In this document: one piece after another, positions 24,901-35,399 of the stretch
How positions within the stretch are numbered: position 1 is the stretch's first letter
How the letters are laid out: every line of letters starts with the position of its first letter
Source of the DNA: Lytechinus pictus
Lineage: Eukaryota
DNA length: 64,000 nucleotides
Assembly (NCBI RefSeq): GCF_037042905.1
Contig: NC_087245.1
Location: 24,120,001-24,184,000 of the forward strand
Direction: 5' to 3'
Translations under genes and position numbers: made by a program
The notes under the pieces: model-generated
What the model was told of the DNA's origin: nothing
The model's database searches: none
What the model saw: the letters and a program-made list of their open reading frames with translations, nothing else

Positions 24901-27900
24901 GCCATATTAATTGGATAAAGCCTAACAAGGTAAAGTAAGATCAGAATTTCACGATGTTTAGAAATCTAGAATGAAAAGAAAGTAAAATCAGATAAAAATA
25001 ATTACTGGTAATTTATGAAAGAGATCAAGAAACCATACTTCAATTCATGAACGGGATTAAACTTCAGTTAATGAACGAGATAATGGCGATATAACAATAA
25101 TTGATACTTAAGTTCATGAACGGGATAACAATGAATGATATTTCAATTAATGAACGGGAAAACAATAAATAATACTTCAGTTTATGAAATGGTTACAAAA
25201 ACTAATTTATGAACGTGATGACAATGATTAATATTTTAATTTATGAAGAGGAAATAACAATAAAAAATATTATTGCTCTTCAATTTATAAACGGGATATC
25301 AATAAACAATACTTCAATTTATGAACAGGATAGGGAAGATACCTATACCTAAATGTAATATTCTAAATTATTTTGTGCGAACAAATTGAATTTCCATTTG
25401 TACTCGATTGCAATTGGACAATAAAAATATCTGAATCTGAATAACAATAAATTGCACTTAATTTATGAATGTGATAACAATAAGTGATACTTCGATATAT
25501 GAACAGAATTACGTGAACGGAATAAAATAAATCAATTTATGATTGGGATAACAATAACGGATAATAATAAATAATACTTCAATTCACGAACAGGATACAA
25601 TACAGTTAACGAAAATTGAACGAAATAACAATAAGTAATACTTCAATTTATGAACGATATAACAAAGAATAGTCCAGTTTAACAACAGGGTAACAAAAAC
25701 TGACAACATACTTCATTTTACGAAAAGGAAAACCTTCTCACCTGGACATCGTATCCGCAATTCCATATCCCGATGAAGCTACATGTCTGATAGCCACTCA
25801 CTGATGCTGCAGTAATGCCCATGCAAAATACAACGAACCCAACTACGGCAGATATTATAGACATCACCATGTATGCAATGATCTATTGAACAAGATTGAT
25901 CAGATTGAGGAGTCATTCATAATCAATATGAAAATATAAATTATAAAGCGTCTAATATGCCTTAGAACTAGTTCTATCTCGATTTCAATATAATAATAAG
26001 CATTAGGGCTAAGACGGAATTACTACCATTCTCCACTCAAATACTTCGAGCGCCTGACAAGGCACGCAAAAGTCTTTATAGTAGGCCTATAAATAACTAG
26101 GGAGGGATCAAACCCACGACCTCCGTCATTGAGGCGGGTGCTCTACCACTTAGCAACCATGCCCGGTTAGTAAGGAAAATATTGATAATTTGATTAAAAA
26201 TAAATCATAATTACAACAATAATTACATGAATATTCAAAAATGGCCACATTCTATTGCACTACCCTCGTTAATTTATGTATATAGAACTTGTTTAAAAAA
26301 ATATATATATATTTAAGAGGTCCCTGACCGACTTACAAGCTTTGCTTCTAGGTGGACCTCTCATTTCCAGCTACGGGCATTATCATAATAATTAATGTAC
26401 CTTTGTTCGCAATACTGAATAATTTATCCACTCGTGTTCAAAGTGCTCTTTTTTTCTATTCCATCCATTGATTTTTTCCAATGTTTTCTGTGTTAATGAA
26501 ACTTATATCAATTATGTATTTATTTGTTGGAAATTAGAAAAAATAAACCTTAAACTATTACAAATAATAGCAATAAAATACTACCAATATTTCTTACAAA
26601 AAGATAGAATCATCATACTGCTAACAACAGTAATATATATATCATAAAAAACATAAACAACAAATGAACAATACAATGTATAAGTTTATTTGATACTTAC
26701 CATACACGTACTCTTGTTCTTGGAGACTATACCTAGAATTCCAGTTGGAAGGAAAAACTGAAAGAGAGAGAAATATGGGATGAGATCAAGAGAAGGAGCA
26801 GTGATTAAGTGAGGGAGCACGAAATATACAGAGATATTACAGTATTTCAATTCGTCCAAAGTCACTACATCGATTTTTATTCCTTTTTTCAAATAAAAAA
26901 TATATAATTCAATGTTGTTTAAAATACAATCACACACAATCATTCATTTAGTTTTGAGCTTGTTGATTATCATCATTAATTTTTAACATTTGGGAAGATT
27001 TTGATTACATTCTAACAAAGAGTCTTTGAAAATCAATCCTCCCCCCAAAAATAGTAACTAAACAAACAAAAACAAACAGCACCCCAGGGCAGATTTACAG
27101 CCAAATCTTGAAATAAGCATAACTGGAAGATAAATTATATTAAGCACTTTACGTATTCACGAAGAGGATAGGTATATATATCTAAGATAATGCTTGCGCG
27201 AAGTGCGAAAATAAAACCATTTTATATTCCGACCTGAAATTAACTGGATATTTCAAGACCTTTCTGCAACCATGAACAGGATGAGTAACTAATTATATTA
27301 TTGATGCGATATATATGTATATTCTGACATGAAAAGCTGGACAGGTTCAACGTTGAAAGGTGCAGACTAGATGTCACACTGGGAGCACCTTTACGGTGCA
27401 ACTTTGTATCTTTTTGGAAAGGTACAACTTTGCACTTCTCTTGAAGGTGCAAATAAGAACCTTTGGGGTGCAATTCTGCACCTTATATGTGTAAATTTGC
27501 ACCTTTTTTCAGAGAGGTGCAAAGTTGTATCTTTCCAAAAAGGTACTAAGTTGCACCTTAAAGGTGCTCCCAGTTTGACATTTGGTCTGCACCTTCAAAG
27601 GTGCAAAGCTGAACCCATTTTTCTTAGTGTGTACTTACCAACAGTCCAGCCCAAATGCCCGTACCGACAATACTAACAGTGGATCCGAGGAGCAGCTCTA
27701 CAACATTGATCGCGAAAGCAGCTATGGCACAACTCAGCTGAATCCACCCGGTGACGCGGGCACTCTTTGCATTGTATCGTTCTGATCTACCGGTGTTGGG
27801 ACTTTGAAGGACCATCATTGCAGGTTGGTTGGCCACAACCTGGATTGGAGGTTGAGGGCCAGTCTGTTGCAGTGCAACGGAGTTGGGCTGGTATACCACA

Positions 27901-27905
27901 GCCAT
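21716..27905 (-). CDS. MS4A/CD20-like membrane-spanning 4-domain protein with Pro/Gln-rich termini (~304 aa)
   Basis: Minus-strand exons 27905-27639, 26757-26701, 25882-25742, 23242-23114, 22580-22514, 21969-21716 have canonical splice sites and join in phase. Four hydrophobic segments; CD20-family-like motifs GWIQL, GTGIWAGLLFFLPTGILGIVS, SIISAV, LVELVVAIVAACYCC; Cys pair in the second loop; C-terminal PQPG repeats and PPPHY. Confidence 0.88.
22514..22580 (-). CDS. MS4A-like exon (VYQHSNNVTPVVMMVPAHAQPA)
   Basis: acctag| ... |gttagt on minus; phase 0/1 links to last exon. Confidence 0.8.
23114..23242 (-). CDS. MS4A-like exon (RARIAFDVFL...CCAGVCC...STM)
   Basis: cctcag| ... |gtaagt on minus, 129 nt phase 0. 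Confidence 0.87.
24065..24650. mobile_element. Kolobok-like MITE (right end damaged)
   Basis: TTAA|AGGTGAAGTCCAC start; long TIRs; homologous to 34537-35120. Confidence 0.75.
25035..25680. repeat. degenerate ~32-33-bp minisatellite in an MS4A-like intron
   Basis: Recurrent ATACTTCAATTTATGAACGGGATAACAATAA-like units. Confidence 0.75.
25742..25882 (-). CDS. MS4A-like exon (IIAYMVMSIISAVVG...GYDVQ)
   Basis: caatag| ... |gtgaga on minus, 141 nt phase 0. Confidence 0.87.
26020..26167 (-). mobile_element. tRNA-derived SINE fragment
   Basis: Minus strand ACCGGGCATGGTTGCTAAGTGGTAGAGCA...GGTTTGATCCC A/B boxes. Confidence 0.55.
26315..26555 (+). mobile_element. 3' tail of a CR1/L2-group LINE
   Basis: GAGGTCC..TACAAGCTTTGCTT..GGACCTC stem-loop, T-rich tract, AAATAAA then short-repeat tail. 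Confidence 0.45.
26701..26757 (-). CDS. MS4A-like exon (FFLPTGILGIVSKNKSTCM)
   Basis: ctttcag| ... |gtaagt on minus, 57 nt phase 0. Confidence 0.87.
27350..27630. mobile_element. truncated MITE with AAGGTGCA subterminal repeats
   Basis: Many AAGGTGC/GCACCTT motifs, terminus ...TTTTTCTTAGTGT. Confidence 0.6.
27639..27905 (-). CDS. MS4A-like first coding exon (MAVVYQPN...GIWAGLL)
   Basis: aaaATGG start just after an acceptor (exon begins 27916, so a non-coding exon lies upstream); donor GTAAGT. Confidence 0.87.
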
Positions 27906-29647
27906 TTTGTTTTAAGCTGAAAATTAAGAACAAGAAACGTTGAGTCAATTTTAGATAACATATAAGCAAACATAATGATATGAGATATACAAAAACAATT
28001 ATAATTATGGCATCACGCCCTTCACTGCCCTTAAACTTCTTCCAGGAATTCTAGAAATAGATATCCCCCCCCCCCCCGGCGCTAGTTGCACCAGTCACTC
28101 CTAATATGGAAGACTATAAAAAAAAAACTAACATACCAGACATACATAGTCCACATCATTATCGCAGTATTCTGAAGCAAAAAATGGATCACAAAAAATT
28201 AAATAGGAAAGGGATAGGAGATCAAATAATTTTGTCTTCAGATATTACAGGATAAACATTAGAAATAAGCAGAGGCCTCGTATATTATGTATTATATACA
28301 TGTACGTATAACCCCTCAATATACTGTAACTTTTAGGCCTAATCTTCCCCATCCATATATGCCTTACGTTTGTATGCCTATATACAAGGTACTCATTGGG
28401 ACTTTCTGTTAAAGGAAATATTTTGTAAAGCAAAAGGAGGGTAAATGCATAAAATGCATAAAAGTAACCATTATGGTAAATTAGCCATCCATTGGTAACT
28501 TGCATGGCATCCTTGATTTTGATTGGGTGTTGATCATCGTTACCATGATACTGGATGGCAAAGTTACCATAATGGAAAATTTTATGCAACGGGGCCCAGG
28601 TGGCATCCTTATAATTCTGGAAATTCACAAACTAAAATGCTTATCCTGGTCTTTCTTCGGATAGTAGTCTTAAAAACTAACTTGGAAGACCACCCTCACC
28701 CTACAACGCATGGACAGAGTTAAGTAGTGGCTGGGCATTTTTAGGGGAGGGGGAGGGGAAGAGCAAGGGAGGCACGTGGTAAGTGAGGGACGTAATTCAA
28801 AATTGAAAAAAAATGGGAGGGGGCCCTTGAAAGACTTTCATCTCAACAACAACAACCAAGGAATCAATCGGCGTCAAAGAATGGAAGAGCTATAAGCGAC
28901 TTCATTATCTAACCGGCGTCAAAATTAAGGTTAGTGGAATGGTGCAACTGTAATGCTTGCCCCCGATGTCAGATTTTCAGAAGGGATCCAATCTAGCAAC
29001 GGTCTGGGGTGCCATCTTCCCTTGATCCGCCTCTTGCAGACGGAGCAGATGCAAGAGAATTCCCCCTGGCCCTGAGGATGCCTATAAGCTGGGCTGTGGT
29101 TTTAAGGTATGCCATTTAATAAATACAAATCGTAGGCCTACTTGATCGATACCATATAAACTCTTATTGGTGCGCGCGCAACACCCAGAGATCAAGTGGA
29201 TTATGACGTGACAATAACACTAAAAGTGACATTACTCTGAAATCAACAATATTACCACCAGTGTTGATGTGTTGTAAAAAGTCAAACCTTTTGAGGGGGC
29301 AGGAAGGGGATAAACGATCCGGCAGATGGAGCAAAAGTTGTAAAAAGATGCGAGGGAGCGATAAAAATAAAACCCAAAAGTTTTGACCTTTACAAAATAA
29401 TATACCAATACAAAAATTTCATATTTGGATAGATTTTTCAGAAAATAACGTAAGATCTCCCCCCCCCCCCCCCGGCTCACTTTGTTTCCCTTTTTGGCCA
29501 TGAGTTAATCCAAAGACCTCCATTCCCATCTGTACGCCAGTGAAGACAGAACAACAAAAATACGATTTACATACATGCAGAGATACTTGAGAGAGATTTC
29601 ATACCGGCTCCCTACAGTGCACATTGTCAGATTAGGGGATGATCCAG

Positions 29648-29795
29648 GGGAGCGTTTCATGAAAGAACTTCAACATGTTCAAGTCCTGTTTTGTCTGACA
29701 GTTACCATAGTAACAGTGCTTCTCAGCCAATCAAAATTAAGGAAAGCTGTCTGATCTAACAAGTTGTCGTACAAAAGTGTTGATGAAACGCTCCC
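29648..29795. mobile_element. PIF/Harbinger-like MITE (second copy, inverted relative to 21529-21685)
   Basis: GGGAGCGTTTCAT / ATGAAACGCTCCC; CAG/CTG flanks. Confidence 0.75.
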
Positions 29796-29891
29796 CTGAT
29801 TACAGAACTTGAAATGCATGTGATTTTGTACTGCGCATGCAGGTCACGTGAGGTTGATGTTAATGATACGTCACAATCAGAGGCGTCGATC

Positions 29892-30427
29892 CCCGGGGGG
29901 GGGGGGGGCACTCGACCAAAAAAGTGGTAGGGGTGTGCCGCGGGCGAGACAAAAAACGGGGGCCTTGGAGCGGGCTTATTGTAAAAAGGAGGGTCCTCGG
30001 AACGGAAGTCGGAACTACAATTTTGTGAAAACGGGGGTCCTTGGAACGGATCGCCAGCGTGCGAGTACGTGCGTATGTACCCTATGGAACGGGCATGCGT
30101 GCATGATGCATCCAGCGCGGCCTTCGCCGGGTGCGCTAGCGCAGAGACGATGGTCGGACAGCGCTCGGCGGCCGCTTTTCACCAAAATTGCAGCGGATCA
30201 ATGCGACCGGAACGGCGTAACGAAAAATATGCGAAGCTTTGGAGCGGATTTCTTTCTTTTTTTTTTCTCGATAAGAACAAATTGCTATGCCTTGGAGCGG
30301 CTTTCTTTGTTTTTTGTCTCAATAAGACAAAAATGCTATGCCTCGGAACGGAAATTTGAGTGTGAAAATGGGGGTCCCCTCCGCGGCACATACCCACTAT
30401 GCATTATATACTGAGTGCCCCCCCGGG
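29892..30427. mobile_element. non-autonomous DNA transposon with 8-bp TSD
   Basis: CCCGGGGG..GCACTC / GAGTGCCCCCCCGGG TIRs; TSD CGTCGATC at 29884-29891 and 30428-30435. Confidence 0.85.
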
Positions 30428-31984
30428 CGTCGATCCCGTGAGAGGGGCAAATATCGATTGGCCCAGCCCCCCCCCCCCACACCCATTTTGACAACTTCAA
30501 AAATTTGTAATATGCACGCAAATAAATGTTTTAAAAAAACATTGGAATGCACAGTAAACCTGACATAGAAATGTTTTTTAACATAGGTCTACAAAACTGT
30601 AATAGCTCTGGAATTTTTTTTTTTTTTTTTTTTTTGCGTGCTTTGCAAAATACCAATTATTTTACGCGAGAAAGCCCCTATACTAGTCAAAATTTCAAGC
30701 CTCCCCTTCTCATATAAATTCTTGCGAAGCGACACCGAAAAAGGGTATTGTGACATTACAAATCGCAGTAAAATTAGCTGCACATTAATTTTGTTGAAGA
30801 GTTCCTTCTTCACTTTCAGAAACCAGTACAAAAACGTGAAAATCACTTGTTCACCTCCATATATAGAGAGACACACACACGCATCCTCATACACACTCAC
30901 CCGAATACACATATTTTTTTACTCATCCCCCCCCCCCCCCTCCCTTACAAGGTAGTTCATATATAGAGACCTTGCAACATTGTCATGTTTTTCCAATAAC
31001 ATTTTTGTCCATTCCTTCACTCTTATTGGGCGAAAGGCCTTTAACATTATCCACAAAACACTATCGGTAAAAATTTGCCAAGCCGATGTTTGGGAAATAA
31101 GTTTGCTAGTAAGTGGTTGGGCAAATCAAATTGCCCATCAGTTGGTAACTTATCATATTTTACCAAACTATACAATAGCGCAACGGTTGGTTAATTTATC
31201 GTCCAATTCTTAATAAACAACCAACTATAAAACTAATCTTTCTTTAATATAATGGTTAGAAAACATATAATATCCTGCACTCCGTCCCAGAAATTTCTAA
31301 TTAGAAACACTTAATATGAACAAATATTCTGGCACTACTTTATTACAGTTATACTCTTCTTGAAAATATATGATCGATAAGACGATAACTATTTGAAATT
31401 TCATTAATTTACCATGAGCCGGAAGACGAATTCGCAGAAGCTGCAAATGAATATAATTATGCAAAAACAAAATTTTCCAACCAAACTTCCCCAACTTGAC
31501 ATAAGAGATCACCGAGCCTAAATAATAATGACGATCTTTGCGAAATTACCAAACTACAGTATCAGCTGTCCTATATATAAATTTATACCGAAACAATTTC
31601 ATACCATATTTATGTGGTTTGTCTTCACGCTTGGATAATCAGTAGATATTTTTTTGCTGTACAGTAAATCTTTTCAAAATGAATGAATCTTTGTTCATTT
31701 TTCTTCAAATGTTCATCATATTCATTCCATAATATTTATTTCACATTTTTGCACTTAACAACCACTTGTATCACTTGTTCTCTCTTCTACACATTCTCTC
31801 CAATCACTCTATTTAATGACTATTGGCAATTCAATGTATGTTTGCAAGTCTCTAACAATAAAAGAAACAAACGGGAACAGCATTTCAATTAATACAACCA
31901 TTTAATAGGAATAACAGATCAAATAAATATATCATACAAATATATTACAATTATAAGGATTAGTTCATCCTGCTAATACTACAG

Positions 31985-34420
31985 GAGGATAAATTTATCC
32001 TAATTTCAAGGCTACACGAGGATAAGTTTATCCTAATTTCAAGGCTAAACGAGGATAAATTTATCCTAATTTCAAGGCTGCACGAGGATAAATTTATCTT
32101 AATTTCAAGGATACACAAGGATAAATTTATCTTAATTTCAAGGCTTCATGAGGATAAATTTATCCTAATTTCAAAGCTACATGAGGATAAATTTATCTTC
32201 GTTTCAAAGCTACACGAGGATAAATTTATCTTAATTTCAAAGCTTCACGAGGATAAATTTATCCTAATTTCAAGGCTACGCGAGGATAAATTTATCTTAA
32301 TTTCAAAGTTACACGAGGATAAATTTATCTTAATTTCAAGGCTACATGAGGATAAATTTATCTTAATTTCAAAGCTACATGAGGATAAATTTATCTTAAC
32401 TTCAAAGCTTCACGAGGATAAATTTATCCTAATTTCAAGGCTACACGAGGATAAATTTATCTTAATTTCAAGGATACACGAGGATAAATTTATCTTAATT
32501 TCAAGGCTTCATGAGGATAAATTCATCCTAATTTCAAGAATACACGAGGATAAATTTATCCTAATTTCAAAGCTACACGAGGATAAATTTATCTTCGTTT
32601 CAAAGCTACATGAGGATAAATTTATCTTAATTTCAAAGCTTCACGAGGATAAATTTATCCTAATTTCAAGGCTACGCGAGGATAAATTTATCTTAACTTC
32701 AAAGCTACACGAGGATAAATTTATCTTAATTTCAAGGCTACATGAGGATAAATTTATCTTCGTTTCAAAGCTACATGAGGATAAATTTATCCTAATTTCA
32801 AGGCTACACGAGGATAAATTCATCTTAATTTCAAGGCTACACGAGGATAAATTTATCTTAATTTCAAGACTACATGAGGATAAATTTATCTGAATTTCAG
32901 TCTACATGAGGATAAATTTATCCTAACTTCAAGGCAACATGAGGATAAATTTATCTTAATTTCAAGGCTACATGAGGATAAATTTATCTTAATTTCAAAG
33001 CTACACGAGGATAAATTTATCCTAATTTCAAGGCTACACGAGGATAAATTTATCCTAATTTCAAGGCTACATGAGGATAAATTTATCCTAATTTCAAGGC
33101 TACACGAGGATAAATTTATCTTAATTTCAAAGTTACACGAGGATAAATTTATCCTAATTTCATGGCTACACGACGATAAATTAATCTTAATTCAAGGCTT
33201 CATGAGGATAAATTTATCCTAATTTCAAGGCTACACGAGGATAAATTTATCTTAATTTCAGTCTACATGAGGATAAATTTATCCAAACTTCAAGGCAACA
33301 TGAGGATAAATTTATCTTAATTTCAAGGCTTCATGAGGATAAATTTATCTTAATTTGAAAGCTACATGAGGATAAATTTATCTTAATTTCAAAGCTACAC
33401 GAGGATAAATTTATCCTAATTTCAAGGCTACACGAGGATAAATTTATCCTAATTTCAAGGCTACATGAGGATAAATTTATCTTAATTTCAAAGCTACACG
33501 AGGATAAATTTATCCTAATTTCAAGGCTACACGAGGATAAATTTATCCTAATTTCAAGGCTACATGAGGATGAATTTATCCTAATTTCAAGGCTACACGA
33601 GGATAAATTTATCTTAATTTCAAAGTTACACGAGGATAAATTTATCCTAATTTCATGGCTACACGAGGATAAATTAATCTTAATTCAAGGCTTCATGAGG
33701 ATAAATTTATCCTAATTTCAAGGCTACACGAGGATAAATTTATCTTAATTTCAGTCTACATGAGGATAAATTTATCCAAACTTCAAGGCAACATGAGGAT
33801 AAATTTATCTTAATTTCAAGGCTACATGATGATAAATTTATCTTAATTTTAAAGCTACATGAGGATAAATTTATCTTAATTTCAAAGCTACACGAGAATA
33901 AATTAATCCTAATTTCAAGGCTACACGAGGATAAATTTATCCTAATTTCAAGGCTACATGAGGATAAAATTTATCCTAATTACAAGGCTACACGAGGATA
34001 AATTTTTCTTAATTTCAAAGTTACACGAGGATAAATTTATCCTAATTTCATGGCTACACGAGGATAAATTAATCTTAATTCAAGGCTTCATGAGGATAAA
34101 TTTATCCTAATTTCAAGGCTACACGAGGATAAATTTATCCTAATTTCAAGGCTACATGAGGATAAATTTATCTTAATTTTAAAGCTACACGAGGATAAAT
34201 TTATCTTAATTTCAAGGCTACACGAGGATAAATTTATCTTAATTTTAAAGCTACACGAGGATAAATTTATCTTTATTTCAAGGCTACATGAGGATAAATT
34301 TATCCTAATTTCAAAGCTACAAGAGGATAAATTTATCTTAATTTCAAGGCTACACAAGGATAAATTTATCTTAATTTCAAGGCTACACAAGGAAAAAATT
34401 ATCTTAATTTCAAAGCCACA
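31985..34420. repeat. 33-bp tandem satellite, ~74 copies
   Basis: Unit GAGGATAAATTTATCYTAATTTCAARGCTACAY repeated head-to-tail without spacers. Confidence 0.97.
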
Positions 34421-34536
34421 GCAATTACACAATTCACCTTAGAATAATTTAACACTTGGTTATTTCATTGGGTGGCAAATGACATTTATGATTAAATTTG
34501 CATTGGACTTGTAGACAAGAGTAAGTTTTTCATTAA

Positions 34537-35120
34537 AGGTCAAGTCCACCCCAGGAAAATGCTGACTTGAATCAATAGAGAAAAATCAAACTAGCATAGT
34601 GCTGAAAATTTCATCAAAATCAGATGTAAAATAAGAAAGCTATGACATTTAAAGTTTCGCTTATTTTTCACAAAACAGTAATATGCACAACTAGGTGAGT
34701 CAGTCGATGATGTCCATCACTCACTATATCTTTAGTTTTTTATTGTTTGAATTATACAATATTTCATTTTTTTATAGATTTGACAATAAGGACCAACTTG
34801 ACTGAACCATGGAGTATTAAACAATGCTGATTCCACATGTTCAGGGAGGAATTTATCGTTGTACCACTTGACAATGAGAAGAAAATTAGAATATTTCATA
34901 TAATAAAATACAAAAGAAATAGTGAGTGGATGACGTCATGGTCTCCTCATTTGCATACCCGCCAGGATGTGCATATAACTATTTCGTGAAATTAAGTTAA
35001 ACTTTAAAAAGTCATAACTTTTTTATTTTACATCCAATTTTGATGAAATTTTCAGCGTTATGCTTGTTGGATTTTTCTCGTTTTATTCAAATCAACTTTT
35101 TGTAGGGATGAACTTGTCCT
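34537..35120. mobile_element. Kolobok-like MITE
   Basis: TTAA TSD; AGGTCAAGTCCACCCC / GGGATGAACTTGTCCT termini with long TIRs. Confidence 0.85.
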
Positions 35121-35227
35121 TTAACTTGTGGCCTGTGGTGCATGTTCAAAATTATGTAAACAACATGTATGTAACTATGTACCCGGGTTAACAAATATGT
35201 AAAATAATCTGTGACAGCTCTCCTGTC

Positions 35228-35399
35228 CTGGGCGTTGTGGCTTGCGCCTGTAATCCAAGCTGTGGGGAATCAAGTTACAAATTGATGCAGAGGTTCGAGC
35301 CCTGGTCACGTCTTTCGATTGTGATGTTAAAGGTTGGTCCCAGACGTAAATAATCATATCTGATTGATACACGTCTGACAAAACTCAAATACACACACA
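35228..35399 (+). mobile_element. SINE with 7SL/Alu-like head, B box, Deu/Nin-like core and CA tail
   Basis: Perfect TSD TCTCCTGTC at 35219-35227 and 35400-35408; head CTGGGCGTTGTGGCTTGCGCCTGTAATCCAAGCT; GGTTCGAGCCC at 35292-35302; (AC)n tail. Confidence 0.75.

Noticed and set aside
29848..30414. 188-aa ORF
   Set aside because: Lies almost entirely in a GC-rich TSD-flanked non-autonomous element; no recognisable domain.
31985..34420. CRISPR-like array or repeat protein (SSCSLEIRINL / EDKFILISRLH frames)
   Set aside because: No unique spacers, no cas genes, eukaryotic context; open frames follow trivially from a 33-bp unit, lack a credible start and are broken by indels.
35228..35399. Functional 7SL RNA gene or human Alu contamination
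   Set aside because: No S domain, only 172 bp, TSD-flanked, non-Alu body with CA tail, and embedded among native repeats.
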